Assembly (NCBI GenBank): GCA_964016885.1 | Contig: OZ024740.1 | Span: 140,244,001 to 140,308,000, forward strand | DNA: 64,000 bases | Reading direction: 5' to 3' | Origin: Eledone cirrhosa | Lineage: Eukaryota | Shown here: positions 1-14,119 of the stretch, piece by piece | Layout: every line of letters begins with the position of its first letter | How positions within the stretch are numbered: position 1 is the first letter of the stretch | The notes under the pieces: model-generated | Seen by the model: the letters and a program-made list of their open reading frames with translations, nothing else | Told to the model about the DNA's origin: nothing | Databases searched by the model: none | Made by a program: the position numbers and the translations under genes

Positions 1-624
1 AACATAGGATAGATAGACGGTCAATAAAATAAACGCGTCTGTCAAGCGCAAGGAAGTTTGTTTATAAGATTCCGGCGGGGGATTACAAACCTTAGACTGT
101 CAGTCTGGAAACTGTGTTAAAGTAGGGGTTTCATTTCCAGTAGAACAAACATGATGCTGGCCACCCAATCACATGTCTCACGACTCTTCCTCTAAGCATA
201 TCTTTGGCTCAACTTTATTCCCTTTCCGTTAGATCTCATATTTTCTTTATTTTTGTTATATTGTTTCTTATCATTTGTTTGTTTTTTTAATCTTTTCCTC
301 CACTCTTAAACTCACTGAGTGACCTTCAAAGATGCCCCTATCTTCCCATGACCCCTACTTCAAAATAAACAATCATTCAAGCCAGGTTACTTCTATTCTA
401 TTTCATCTAGAATTCTAACAGACGCCATTTTAATGTGTACCCCGCTCGCCACCTTATAACTTTGCCATCTCTGTTGTCAGCCACCATCACAACGTCTGTT
501 TAACTGGGGTCTTTAGCCGTTTGTGGAAACCATGCTGTTTGGTGATGTTTTCCTGTCAAAATCATGTCCTATGCTTATGAATTATCTTCTACTTAGAAAG
601 AAACCGTTATCATTTTTACATTTA

Positions 625-691
<67 letters not shown>

Positions 692-769
692 TGTTGGATC
701 TCCGGTGGTGAGTACATGAGTTGTCCGAGCAAGCGAAATGCCTGTTCATAAACTTAATGTGCAAGAAGA

Positions 770-847
<78 letters not shown>

Positions 848-1032
848 CTTCCATTACTCCTTTTAGATTGCCAAGTGCAACAGGTTCCTCATTCGAATTC
901 ACACACATGGCTATATCATCGAATTGCCATCGGGAATAGTCACCGTAAAAATATACAAAGCAATAACAAAGCAAACGACACAATATAATGAAGAAATATG
1001 TTATTAGTTTTACGCTTGGAATAGTTGGAAAA

Positions 1033-1070
1033 GAGACTTAACGTATCGGACGCTAGTCCTTCATCAGAAG
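1033..1070 (-). ncRNA. Degenerate minimal hammerhead ribozyme motif (PLE pLTR-like)
   Basis: Minus strand reads ctt-CTGATGA-a-ggac-tagc-gtcc-GATA-cgtt-aag. Stem II ggac/gtcc pairs, but the GAAA box is mutated to GATA. Confidence 0.4.
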
Positions 1071-1452
1071 ATAGAATGAGAAATTAAAGAAGATATAGAA
1101 AGATTAAGGAGACGAGCAGGGTGGAAACAGGAAAAAAAAATTGATTGCTGTAAATAATAGCTAGGGAAACCAGGTAAAATACCCCTATAGACGGACAAAA
1201 TTGGTCATGAGTCTGGAGCCATTTAGCTCAATGGTACAGAGCGCTCAGTTGAAATTTGAAACTGACAGAGTTTGATTCTCTCTGGTGGCTGCTGGCCACT
1301 TTTCTCCATTTTGACCGATTTTCTAAGCTGTTATTTATAGCAATCGATTGTGTTTACAGTTATTTTCTACGTTTAAGATGTTCTATATTTTCTGTGAATT
1401 TCAATCAATTCAACGCTCTGATGGTTTATTTACGGATGGTGTTACTCTCACC

Positions 1453-1519
<67 letters not shown>

Positions 1520-1529
1520 TATATATATA

Positions 1530-1960
1530 TACACTTCGTTTTTTTAATTTGTTTTGCAAGTTTTTTTTATCTGAAAACGTGTGTCGAAACAGATATAGTT
1601 AGACTTTGGGAGGGTCATGCTGCCAATAAAAACACACGCACCTGTTGGTTTTCACTTCAATTTATTATAAATTTCCGGTTTGCTGATTGGTCCGATAACC
1701 GGGCGGTTGTTTATATATTATCAAAACTCTTTCTCACACATTCTGTGACCAGAACAAAGGAGGGACACAAAATAAAAACCTTGTAACTGAGGAGGTCACA
1801 GAATGTGTGACGAAAGAGTTATGACAATACATAAACAACCATCCGGTTATCAAACTAACCAACCAACCAGAAGTTTATAATAAATTGAATAGAAAACTAA
1901 CAGGTGTGCGTGTTTTTACTGGCAACATGACCCTCCCAAAGTATAACAATATATATATTG
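1530..1960. mobile_element. Fold-back remnant of a Penelope-like element terminus with a hammerhead-like motif
   Basis: Imperfect inverted arms at ~1596-1750 and ~1794-1950. At 1781-1827 the sequence is ttgtaa-CTGAGGA-g-gtcaca-gaatg-tgtgac-GAAA-gagtta-tgacaa. Related sequence occurs at ~4680-4830, ~21365-21415 and ~34870-35020. Flanked by (CA)n/(TA)n. Confidence 0.5.
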
Positions 1961-2338
1961 TATATATATATATATATGGGGGGGGGGGGGGGTCCTTATT
2001 GCGAGAGTAAGGGAGAACCGTTTCAAATAAGTACTCGATACAAAATAGTAGCAAATATATATTTATCCAATACAAAAATATCATCTTGTTTCGCTCGGTA
2101 AGAAGATATATCACTCTCTCTGTCTCTCTCCATTCTGCTCCTCTTTCTCTCGCTCTCTGCCTATCTACCTACCTATCTATCTATGTAAACTTCTTACCGA
2201 ATCTATCTCAAATGAGACATAAAGTACAATCGATATTTCCATCACCAAGAATCTTAACACCTGTTTCGCCTACCCCTCCCGATTTCTTCAATAGAATAAT
2301 CGATGTAATTAATATATATATGTACATAAGTGTATATG

Positions 2339-2377
<39 letters not shown>

Positions 2378-2637
2378 AAATTTAGTTATTTTGTTGTGAA
2401 AAGGTGCCACAACTGATATTTTAACTATACTATAGTCGAGTAAATTACTCAACTCACGGAGGCGGGAAAAGTTAGACACAGAAGCCTGCGAAAATCGAGC
2501 CATGTAACATTGGCGGGAGGCTGCTATGTATGTATCTATCTATCTATCTATCAATATATATATATTAGCATAAAGTACCAGTAATGAACTGGGTATTTGC
2601 TGGCCTTGTGCCTAAAGTAGAAACAAATATATATATA

Positions 2638-4056
2638 TTAGCAGAATGGCCCGTCGTTGCTCGGGCTTCTAAACATAGATTGGCAGGTTTATCCCTCCTT
2701 TCTGAAACAATACCTCGGCCTGGGGATAGTGTCGACATTTTGTGCTTAGACAAATAATTTTCCATTAAGATTTTTCAAAAACCTGTAATTTTGTTCCCCC
2801 TCTTTTTTGTTGTTGTTTTTGCTGCTGTTGGTGTGATAGCAGCCGTTGGTCGTACTACTAACACAGTCTCGTCCTTCTTCAGCCTATCGTGTATATCCCC
2901 TTCTGCCTTGTCTACCTAAACATTGATTGTAGTACCTCCTTGTACACAATGTCCCTTGTTCTTCCGTGTCGGGCATATGCAAAGAGATTTGTCTTGCTTC
3001 CCACTCTTGAGCAGCCAAGGTATAATTGCCCATGTGAAAAACATGACTCTTCGAAAAGACCAACAACAGCTAGGGTCTGACCCTGGGATTTGTTGATAGA
3101 CATTGCAAAGCTGACACGGTTCGGCGAATGGTTCGTTGGTTGTCTGTTTCAAGTGCTCTTCTGGTTCAGCATCTTGCGACCGTCGAATAGTAAATTGCAC
3201 TGACGATTCGTTTGCCCGCCTTGTTCTTTTTCTTGCCGCTTTCGCAGTATTTCGGCCAATGTAGTATCTCTTTCTTCGAGGCATGACCTAAAAGCAGGAC
3301 GAAGTACACTAAGACTAACTGGCAGAGTAAGGAGTAAACTCGTCAATGATGCATGTGATTTCCGAACCGTTGACTATGTAATTGCTGGCCTTGTGCCAAA
3401 AGTAGAGCGACTTTTTGGGTGGCATATCGGCAGTAACAATGACGATAAGCCGTCTGTGCTTTCGTGAAATAAATACGTTTGTTTACATTTTGTTTTTGTG
3501 TATGCAAAAATATCTGTACACGAATATATAATTGTAAATATATATATATTAAAATAACAGATTAAAGTTTAAGCAAAGAATCGCTGCTTTCACCCTTAAC
3601 GGGATCTTCTGAAACTAAAAAACTCAATCTGTGAACATAGAAGTAAATATTTCGAAAAACGTTGCAACTGAAGGAAAACAGGAAGACGATACTTTGGTTC
3701 GTGAAGACGTTCCCTGGCAATGAACGGAAAATAGCGAAGATAATACGTCAGCAATGAGAACATTGTTTTCATAATGTCGTAATGCAGACAGCCAGACATA
3801 TAGACAGATATTATAAGGGCGCGACGTTATAGCTATGTATCTATCTAAAAAGACAGACTAAGAAAGAGAGAGAGATAGCTAACCGGCGCCTAACACCAGA
3901 AAATTGAAAAATAAATGCTGCAGTTAATATCTTTAGACCTCAAGGAATATATAAATGCAAGTTTGAAGTCAATCGGAGTAGAAATGTGAATTTGTATAGA
4001 CTTTGCAAAAATTAGGACACACACACACAGAGACAATTTCAGTTTTATATATATGT
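2638..4056 (-). mobile_element. Non-autonomous, internally deleted Helitron
   Basis: 2912-3103(-) encodes a PIF1-type helicase C-terminus (SINKSQGQTL..VGL..CFSHGQLYLGCSRV...DIVYKEVL). It is joined out of frame to a basic N-terminal peptide MPRRKRYYIGRNTAKAARKR (3284-). The 3' end has a GC hairpin (gcccg/cgggc, 2649-2666) followed by CTAA (CTRR) then T. The putative 5' end near 4056 resembles (T)ATATATATAAAA..TGAAATTGTC-type Helitron starts, but the terminal TC is not clean. Confidence 0.75.
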
Positions 4057-4058
4057 AT

Positions 4059-4130
<72 letters not shown>

Positions 4131-4132
<2 letters not shown>

Positions 4133-4318
4133 CGAAGGAATTGTGGTAAGGAACCAGATGGACCATAACGCACCAGAGTACTCAATACTTAGGGTAGTAG
4201 AGTGGGTAATAGCAAAAAGTATGACCCCGACGGCAGAGCTCAAGCCGTTTCGACGGCTATTTCAGTTCAGAAATAGCCGTCGAAACGGCTTGAACTCTGT
4301 CGTCGGGGTCATACTTTT

Positions 4319-4320
<2 letters not shown>
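4131..4320. mobile_element. Short (TA)n-flanked repeat family, copy 1, ending in a ~49-bp-arm hairpin (PLE-terminus-like)
   Basis: Inverted arms at 4215-4263 and 4270-4318. The shared core ggtaaggaacca(g)..ggaccataacgcaccagagtactc also occurs at ~5135-5297(-), ~5647-5768, ~21540-21655 and ~37810-37968(-). Confidence 0.6.
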
Positions 4321-4399
<79 letters not shown>

Positions 4400-4829
4400 T
4401 ATGTGTGTGAGTGTGTATAGATTAGGAGTTGTAACATCAAGTTACTGTTGGTTCACCAAAGTGAGCACGCGATGCGTAGTCTCCAGTATGTGATTGTATA
4501 TGGTAAATTCTTATTATACACATATTATATATATATGTGAGTGTGTGTGAGAGAGTGTGTAAGTATATGTATGTATATATTTATGTATGTATACAGCTTG
4601 TTTTTTTTTGTTGTTGTTTTTTGTAGTGGGTAAATAGAAAAAGAGCAGAACAAAGAGAAAAGACTGAGGAGCAAGAATAATCATTGAGAAGGTCACAGGA
4701 TGTGTGACGAAAAAGCTTTGACAATTAACCATTAAACAACCACTCGGTCACTAAATTAACTGATGAAAGGATTAGTTACTCAACTAATAATGAACTGAAG
4801 TGAAACTCAACTGGTGAGTGGGTTTATTT

Positions 4830-5132
4830 TGGCATGTGGTTAGAATGTCTCAGGACAGATTTTACGGGCAAAACCAACAGGTAGGAGACCCAGGGGTAAG
4901 CCCCGCGCAAATGGTTGGATAATATCCATGAAGTCGTCTGATCTCGTTTGGAGACCTAGCCAGATAAATTGGAGACGATTGCTTCTGACAGGACCCGCTG
5001 GAAAGAATGTTTAAGGATTCTGCCTCCACGACCCTTCCAGGAATATGTGGGTGAAGAAGAAGAAGAAGAAGAAGAAGAAGAAGAAGAAGAAGAAGAAGAA
5101 GAAGAAGAAGAAGAAGAAGAAGAAGAAGAAGA
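4830..5132 (+). mobile_element. RTE-clade LINE 3' end with (GAA)n tail
   Basis: Frame-disrupted translation gives HVVRM..GRRPRGKP..WLDNI...ASDRTRWKECL, a typical RTE ORF C-terminus, followed by (GAA)n at 5053-5132. Homologous copies lie at ~35035-35212(-) and ~60528-60715(-). Confidence 0.7.
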
Positions 5133-5293
5133 TATAGGAAAAGAGTCAGGAACCCGACGGCTAAGCTCCGGCCGTTTCGACAGCTAGATCCGAACTAAAG
5201 TATACTACTGCTTTAGTTACCCACTCTACTACCCTAAGTATTGAGTACTCTGGTGCGTTATGGTCCACGTGCTTCGTTACCACACTTTCTTCG

Positions 5294-5339
<46 letters not shown>

Positions 5340-5367
5340 GTAATCTGAGTTTTTCGAATATTAATAA

Positions 5368-5462
5368 CTGTTTCTACTTTTGGCACAAGGCCAGCAATTA
5401 CCCAGTACATTACTGGTACTTTATTTTATCGACCCCGTAAGGATGAAAGGCAAAGTTAACCT
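5368..5462 (-). mobile_element. tRNA-derived SINE family A, 3' part
   Basis: Reverse complement of the conserved gcctttcatccttacggggtcgataaaataaagtaccag...ggccttgtgccaaaagtagaaac segment seen in the fuller copies. Confidence 0.7.
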
Positions 5463-6210
5463 TTTCGAATATTAATAACATTCGATTCGTTTGCAATTTT
5501 GCAAACGAGCCTCAATTTTATAGCCATGTCAGGAGAATGAACCCCTCATTCTTGCTCTTGTGTTGGCATGCGAACAGAACTGAAGACACTAATGTTTCAG
5601 CCATGTAGAGCGAAATTTTCTTTTATATATATATATATATATATATAATGAAGGAGGTGTGGTAAGGAACCAGATAGACCATAACGCACCAGAGTACTCA
5701 ATACTTAGGGTAGTAGAGTGGGAAATAAGAAAATGTTAGACCCCGACGGCAGAGCTCAAGCTGTTTGAATTTCGTCTCCTGCCATCACGTAAATTTATAA
5801 ATCGGTGGCCACTCAGGGGACAGCATTGTGACGCGTAAAAATTCCTGTTGCTAATCGTTTTACTGTGTTGGCCGTCACATACAGTCATAGCCGACACGGA
5901 CTGGAGTCGAATTCTGTCGATTGATTGGTTATCGATTAGGTGAAGCCTGCTGATGAAGCTAAATGCGCCGATTGTGCATTGTTGCATAATATATGCGGAC
6001 AGAGTGTGTTGTGCACTCTATTGTGTGCACTCTATTTAAGTGTGGCCGACCCCGAGTTCGGGAACAATTGAAGGTACCCGTTTACGTCTGTTGTATTGAA
6101 GTGAATAACTATGTGTATATTCTGGGAGTTTATTTAACATTACCTATTGAGTACGCTGAGATGCAACCGCTCCTAGCAGTGATACCTATGCAACTTTTTA
6201 TTATATATAC

Positions 6211-6386
<176 letters not shown>

Positions 6387-7179
6387 CAAAAATTTAGGTA
6401 CGAAGGAATATTTTCGTGTGTGTGTGTATATAAATATATATTTATGGGTGTGTATAGAGTGACAAATAGACTGCTAGAAATGTATATTTCTCTCTTAGAC
6501 TGCTAGAAATATAGACAGCTAGTTTGTAATTGCAACTCTTATGTAATATTAATAAGATATCAATAAGTGGGTCTACTGTCTAATTATCTTCAAGCAAGGT
6601 GTGAACATGCCGTAGTATAACCACAACTTCACCGTGTTAAATATCTTGAACATCTTAGACAATACATAACCACTAGTGACCACTACCACAAACTGACCAG
6701 GGTTAGCCAAGTTCTTAGGACATTAACTGAAATAATGCACAGCTGACCACTTGACAGACAATTGAAGTTGTGAGGTGAAGAGGTGAGTAATGAAGTATGT
6801 AATATTGGTTTAATTGGGAGTGGTGGTGGTGGTGGTGGTGGTGGTGGTGGTGGTGGTGGTGGTGGTGGTGGTGGTGGTTAAGAAAATGAAGACGAAAGCA
6901 ACGTTGATGATGACGACAATGTTGATGATGATGATGATGATGAGGATGGCAACGATGATGGTGATGATGATAACGATGATGACGATGATGATGATGACGA
7001 TGGTGATAGCGATGGTGGCGGTGGTAATGCTGATGAGGATGATGTAAGGAGCTGCACTTGAACTTGAAGAGCAGAAGTGAATAGTGTTACTCAATGATAC
7101 TTTAATGAAATAATTAACCATGCTGGAATTTATGATTCCACGTTCACACGCACGCGTCTGTTTGAGCTTCGTTGGTTCC

Positions 7180-7440
7180 GACTTGAGCGTTCCAATCAAT
7201 ACAAACAACTATCGTTCAAGTGGCTGAGTATTCCACAGACACGTTCACCCATAACATAGTTCTCAGGAAGATTCAACGTGACACCGTGTTTAACAAAGCT
7301 AAATTTGTTTAATTACAGGTACAATTTATTTTTGTCAGTTGAATAGCCTGAAGCAATGACACAACGGATCACCGGGAAATGAACTCTTCACGTTTGGATC
7401 GTGTGTCAAATACCTTAACCATTAAGCAACGTACTTTCAC
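7180..7440 (-). mobile_element. tRNA-derived SINE family B (CORE-SINE-like), degenerate
   Basis: Minus strand begins gcttaatggttaagg..gagttcatttccc (A/B-box-like). The body is shared with 9110-9275(-), 11705-11882(+), 16220-16470(-) and 62560-62830(-). Confidence 0.55.
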
Positions 7441-7877
7441 AACATACATACATATATACATACATACAGACAGACACAGACAAACATTAAGAAATCACAA
7501 GTTCAAGCCATTAATGGAAGTGAAAAAACATTCAGATGTTTAGTATGTAATAACTGCATATACACACGTATAGATATAGAAACATATATAATTAAAAATA
7601 TACAGATTCACACATACATACATACATACATGCATACATACATACATACATACATACATACATACATACATACATACATACACATAATTCAAAACATCCA
7701 TACCTGCGCACATACACACACGCATACAGACATACATAATTAACTAGTTGATGTTTAAATTACAATGAAAGAGTCTCGCTTCTGGGTTAGGAACCGATTC
7801 TCTAATTGGTGAAACATTTTTTTAAATAAAGGTAGAACACAGAGACATACTGATACAAAGAGAGGGAGAGAGAGAGG

Positions 7878-7922
<45 letters not shown>

Positions 7923-8603
7923 CAACAACAACAATAACAACAACTTTCCTCTTTACTAAAGCCACCACCACCACCCACTCCACCACCCGAAATAATTGAC
8001 ATGAATATGCAAAAACATTGAGGTTAATTTCTCAGAGACGACAACTGCATGAAAAGCAAACAGTCAAGTAGAAAGAGGAAAGTGTACGAGAGAGAGAAAG
8101 AAAAAGTAAGAGTGATTGAAAAAAAAAGCTCAGTCCTTGAACAACACTTGCTCTTTATAGTTGTGTCGTTAATGTGATGATGATGATGATGATGATGAGG
8201 AGGAGGAGGGGGGGGGGTATTGTGGTCCTGATCATCATCATTATCATCATCATTATCCTCATCACCACGCTGGTGATGATGGTGGTAGGATAATGTTTGG
8301 GGTGGTTATTGTTTAGTCTCAGGTTTGCCCTAATTTAACAAAGCTTTGATCAAAAACATTCCAGCCATGACCTTCCAATATGTTATTCTCAAACATACAG
8401 TAGTTAGGACTGTATTATCTAAGATAATCAATCTGATGCTTAAATACTCGTTGTGTACCGAACAGAAAAAATGTGTGGCCTTTTGTCTTTGTTAGAATTG
8501 TTGTTGTTGCTTAGCCCCACGATAGCTCTGACCTATGTTCAACGCCTTCCAGTTATTAATATCCCATCTTCATGTAAATCTAGGACTGCATTATCCAATG
8601 TAG

Positions 8604-8880
8604 GCACGTGACCTGGTGGTAAGGCTGTTGGACCTACGATCATAATGTCATGGGTTCGATTCCTAGGCTGGGTTGCGTGTTGTGTTCTTGAGCAAAACAC
8701 TTCATTTCACGTTGCTCCAGTATATTCAGCTGAAAATGAATAGCAGCAATATCTGGGACTTTAACCCTCAGATGGACTGGCGTCCTGTCCAGGGGGAAGT
8801 CTTGTACTCTCAATCGCTTCACGCCATTTAACCGAGATAAACACCGGCCTAACGAGTCCTCTGGCTTAAGGCAGACTTTA
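8604..8880 (+). mobile_element. tRNA-derived CORE-type SINE
   Basis: A-box-like tgacctggtggtaagg and B-box gggttcgattcc, followed by tgtgttcttgagcaaaacacttcatttcac..gctccag, which resembles the CORE domain. Confidence 0.6.
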
Positions 8881-9311
8881 TAATTAGAATTGTCTAAAGT
8901 GTTCTTCCTTTTCAAAAGCAGCAAAATATAATTTGAGGGAGATTTGATTGCTATTTCAAGTAGGGCGAGCAACTATATTCACGCTCCCTCATTGACTCAC
9001 CTTAATTATTGTTATTGTGGATTAAAACCGGATCAGCTTTGATCGAATTTGGATTCCAGTCAGGACTATTCCATTTTATTTCGAGATGAACGGGGAATGT
9101 ACCTCCGTATATTTAACGATGAATATTCCAGTTGCTCGATCAACAGAACAGCTCGCTCGTGAATTTGATATGTAAGTGGCTGAGCATTTCATAGATATGA
9201 GTACCCGTTATGTAAGTCTCAAAGAGATTCAGCTTGACTCAGTGTTTGACAAGATTGGACCTTCGAATTGCAAATAGTCTATCTGACGGGCTACTAAACA
9301 CTTTTCGTCTC

Positions 9312-9516
9312 CAGACCTGTCAAGTCTCCCCGTACGACGGGGAGATCCCCCACCCACTTTGGGGTGGGTGAGAGATGTCTTCTCTTGTGAAAATGGGTAT
9401 AGTTTTCATTATGTAAAACTTTGACTCATTTGGGGACATTTGGTAAAATTTTGCCCCGTTTGGGGGCATTTTTTCATGGTACGCCCCGTTTGGGGTTTTA
9501 GAGGTTGGCAGGTCTG
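9312..9516. mobile_element. hAT-like MITE (~205 bp)
   Basis: TIRs cagacctgtcaa / ttggcaggtctg. The flanks cgtctc and cgtctac form an imperfect TSD. Internal subterminal repeats of ccccgtttgggg. Confidence 0.6.
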
Positions 9517-10504
9517 CGTCTACCCTTTGGGTTGACCTGAAGCTGTTGTGAAACGAACATCTTAACCACCCAGTCATTCTTGTGTTGATATTATGCAGCT
9601 AGATTTGACGTCGTTTCTGAGGTTGACTTTGCATATCATATTCGGGAGAATCGAACCCGGGACTTTATGATTGTAAAACGAACATTTTAACCATACGGCT
9701 ATGCTGCATCCAGATAATATATGAAGGACAACATTGTCTAAAATGTCCTTCCATATTTAATGATGGAAACTTGGTTGCTGCTATTTCTAGCAGAGTCAAT
9801 GCTCACATACCGTATTTCCCAACTCTATGGGTGCACCCCTGGCCCTATTTTGAATTTAACAAGAGGCAAGGTGAATTTTCCAGGTATATTTGTATGGGAG
9901 AGGGACAGCGTTTTTGTTGTTATTACTGTGATTGCTGTTGTTGTTGTTGGTGGTGGTGGTGGTGGTGGCGGCGGTCGTCGTCGTCGTGATGGTGGTGGCG
10001 TTGGTTGAGATGGAGTTGTTCACTTTAATTATTACTGTTGTTATTGTGGCTATGGGTTAACGAATGTGTTACGGCTGCAGTAAGGTTAGTGTCGGGCCAT
10101 GACGACAGCTGTTCTGGCTTCTGTGGCTTCCCTCAAAACTGTTGATGATATATTGATTTATTTATTCAACTGGAAGCTAAAACACTGGGGGTTATGGTGG
10201 TGGTGGTGGTGGTGGTGGTGGTAGTGGTGGTGGTGGTGGTGGTTGAAAGCGACGATCTCAACAGATGTTTTCTCACAGTCAACGATACCATCATCATCAT
10301 TACCATCATCACCAACATCCCTATAATCATTATAACGAAACATCAACAGCATCATTAGCATAATCGTTAAAATTGTCATCATCACCATTATCATCATCAT
10401 CGTCACTATCATTATAATCATCACTACCACGACCATTGCCATCATAGTCATTATCTTTATCATCATAATCACCATCACTACTACCACCAGATACATGAAG
10501 TTTA

Positions 10505-10596
10505 TGCATTTATATGAGTGTGTGTACATGTATGTATGTATGTATTTATGTTTGTATGTACGTATTTATGTTATATATGTATGTACGTATTTATGT

Positions 10597-10630
<34 letters not shown>

Positions 10631-11705
10631 TGTATGTATGTATGTATGTATGTATGTATGTGTGTATGTATGTGTGTATGTATTTATGTATGTATGTGTG
10701 TATATATGTATGAATGTATGTGCGTATGTATTTATGTATGTATGAATGTATGTGTGTATGTGTGTATGTATGTATGTATGTATGTATGTATGTATGTGTG
10801 TATGTATGTGTGTATGTATGTATGTATGTATGTATGTATGTGTGTATGTATGTGTGTATGTATTTATGTATGTATGTGTGTATATATGTATGAATGTATG
10901 TGCGTATGTATTTATGTATGTATGTATGTATGTATGTATGTATGTATGTATGAATGTATGTGTGTATGTATGTATGTATGTATGTATGTATGTATGTATG
11001 TATGTATGAATGTATGTGCGTATGTATTTATGTATGTATGTATGTATGTATGTATGTATGTATGTATGTATGAATGTATGTGTGTATGTATGTATGTATG
11101 TATGTATGTATGTATGTATGAATGTATGTGTGTATGTATTTATGTATGTATGTATGTATGAATGTATGTATGTATGTATTTATGTATGTATGTGTGTATG
11201 TATGTATGTATGTATGTATGTATGTATGTATGTATGTATGTATGTATGTATGTGTGTATGTATATGTGTATGTATTTATGTATGTATGTGTGTATGTATT
11301 TATGTATGTATGTATGTATGTGTGTATGTATGTATGTATGTATGTATGTATTTATGTATGTATGTGTGTATGTATGTATGTATGTATGTATGTATGTATG
11401 TATATGTGTATGTATTTATGTATGTATGTGTGTATGTATGAATGTATGTATGTATGTATTTATGTATGTATGTGTGTATGTATGTATGTATGTATGTATG
11501 TATGTATGTATGTATGTATGTATGTATGTATGTATGTGTGTATGTATATGTGTATGTATTTATGTATGTATGTGTGTATGTATTTATGTATGTATGTGTG
11601 TATGTATGTATGTATGTATGTATGTATGTATGTATGTATGTATGTATGTATGTGTGTATGTATTTATGTATGTATGTGTGTATGTATTTATGTATGTATA
11701 TATGC
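10505..11705. repeat. Imperfect (TATG)n microsatellite array
   Basis: About 1.2 kb of tatg with tgtg, ttta and tgaa variants. Confidence 0.95.
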
Positions 11706-11882
11706 ATTGTAATTCGAAGGGCCAGCCTTGTCACATTCTGTGTCACGCTGAATCTCCCTGAGAACTATGTTAAGGGTACGCGTGTCCTTGGAATGCTCAG
11801 CCACTTGCACGTTAATTTCACGAGCAGGCTGTCCCGTTGATCGGATCAATTGGAACACTCGTGGTCGTAACCGACGGAGTGG
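11705..11882 (+). mobile_element. SINE family B, 3' portion
   Basis: gtcacgctgaatctccctgagaac...gctcagccacttgcacgttaatttcacgagcaggctg matches the other family B copies. Confidence 0.6.
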
Positions 11883-12204
11883 CATCCATATATGGATGTA
11901 TTCACTGATGGGACCTATATACAGCGAGATATATCCCTCTCTTTCTGTTGGTTTATGTATCAATAATTTATCGATTTATCCATGGTAACTACAGCTGTGT
12001 GCAGTGGGTTAGTTGGCTACCGGTATATCTATCACAAATATATGTATATAAATATTTATGTCTGCATATGTGTATGTATGTGTGTGTATGTATATGTATA
12101 TGTATATATGCATGCATGTACGAATGTATGTATGTATGTATGTATGTATGAATGTATGTATGTATGAATATATGTATGTATGTATATGTATGTATATGTA
12201 TGTG

Positions 12205-12812
12205 TCAGGTCACCAGTTGGTGCTACTGGTAACATGTATCCCAGTACAACCTGTCTCATGGTCGGGTCGTTGGCGACTAAACTGGCAACCCCACCAAGGT
12301 TTCTTGGTGAGGAGAGTGACTTTGGACATCCTGCAGGACTAAAAACAAAACCTGTCAAAGGGCAAAGGAGCTCTTAAGAGTCAATGGCCATCCAAAATCA
12401 CCGGGAGAGATGACCCCTTAGCCTTTGTCAAGGCAGAATTCTAGGAGAGGGAAAACTCTGATATAACACCTGCAACCCTGATGGTATCCAATGATGTTGA
12501 CTTGTTCTTCTTTTTGGTAAATATCATCTTGGTTAAGAAAGTGGGACTGGCTTTGTGCAGTGCCTTTGCTCACTATAAAAGCTTCACGGCACAGGCATTG
12601 CTTTATATCTGGAGATCTCTCTGCACTTGTCGTCACATGGTACCATGCGCCCAGCACTATGTGTCAGTAATTGTCACAAGTGTAGTGTTTGTACCAGAGT
12701 TTTCAAGTCGCTGGCTGGACTAAAAAGTCACACTCGTTCAGCGCATCGGTAGGGGTTCTCCTATATGGATATAAAGTAGTGGCCGTACTCGAAAACGAGT
12801 TGGCAGCCACCA
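12205..12812 (+). mobile_element. Decayed RTE-like LINE fragment
   Basis: Remnant peptides KKVGL and LFSASVGVLLYG resemble the RTE thumb motif LF.A.VESVLLYG. The GC-richer block is embedded in (TATG)n. Confidence 0.4.
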
Positions 12813-13020
12813 TGTATATGTATATATGCATGCATGTATGAATGTATGTTTGTATGTATGTATATGTATATATGCATGCATGTATGTATGAATGTATGTT
12901 TGTATGCATGCATATATCTATCTATCTCTCTACATTGTGTGCGTGTGTGTGTGTGTGTGTATGTATGCATGTGTATGTAGGTATGTAAGTATGTGTGAGT
13001 GTATGTATGTATTATGTATA

Positions 13021-13111
<91 letters not shown>

Positions 13112-13266
13112 TGTACGTATGAACGTATGAACGTATGTTTGAGTGTATGTCTGCATGTATATACATGTATGTATGTATGAATGTATGTATATCACTCTCT
13201 GGATCTGAGTGATATGTTGAATGTTACAGCTGTAGCAGCAACGAAACAGCTTGCCCTTGAAATTGA

Positions 13267-13341
<75 letters not shown>

Positions 13342-13503
13342 TGCCTGCTACCATCTAAATCCAGGATAGATCAACAATTGTCAAACTGTGTTTAACTACA
13401 AACATGCACGCTATAGTGTCACACCCTCGATATATATATATATACCATCACATATGCCCAAACACCCCCACCACCACCAACAAAATATACACACACACGC
13501 ACT

Positions 13504-13542
<39 letters not shown>

Positions 13543-13553
13543 ATATATGTATA

Positions 13554-13589
<36 letters not shown>

Positions 13590-13596
13590 CACACAC

Positions 13597-13700
<104 letters not shown>

Positions 13701-13893
13701 ATGTATGTGTGTATATATATATATATAATATAAAACGAAAAATCAGTGATGCAACTGAACTCAATTTATTGTGTGTTACAATTGTTTCGCCGGCGGACAG
13801 CTCGAGACGCGATCATTGTGTGGATCTGTCTGATTCTGGACCCGCAGGTTCGACGGACACGTCTAATGATTTCGGAGCAAATTCTTTCACTAT

Positions 13894-13973
<80 letters not shown>

Positions 13974-14119
13974 GTTTCGTTATTTGTTTTTATCGTCTCC
14001 GTTGAACCGGTACGTACTCACACTCTATGCAAATTAGTCTGCCCACTACTAATTTTCATAGAAAAAGCATATAACGATATGTGCTTTTACGATTCTCCAG
14101 AAAGGCCGGTAGATAGGTA

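Noticed and set aside
5780-6197. GC-richer island with CTGATGA at ~5950, considered as a solo LTR or ribozyme
   Set aside because: No GAAA box at a suitable distance, and no TG..CA ends or TSD identified.
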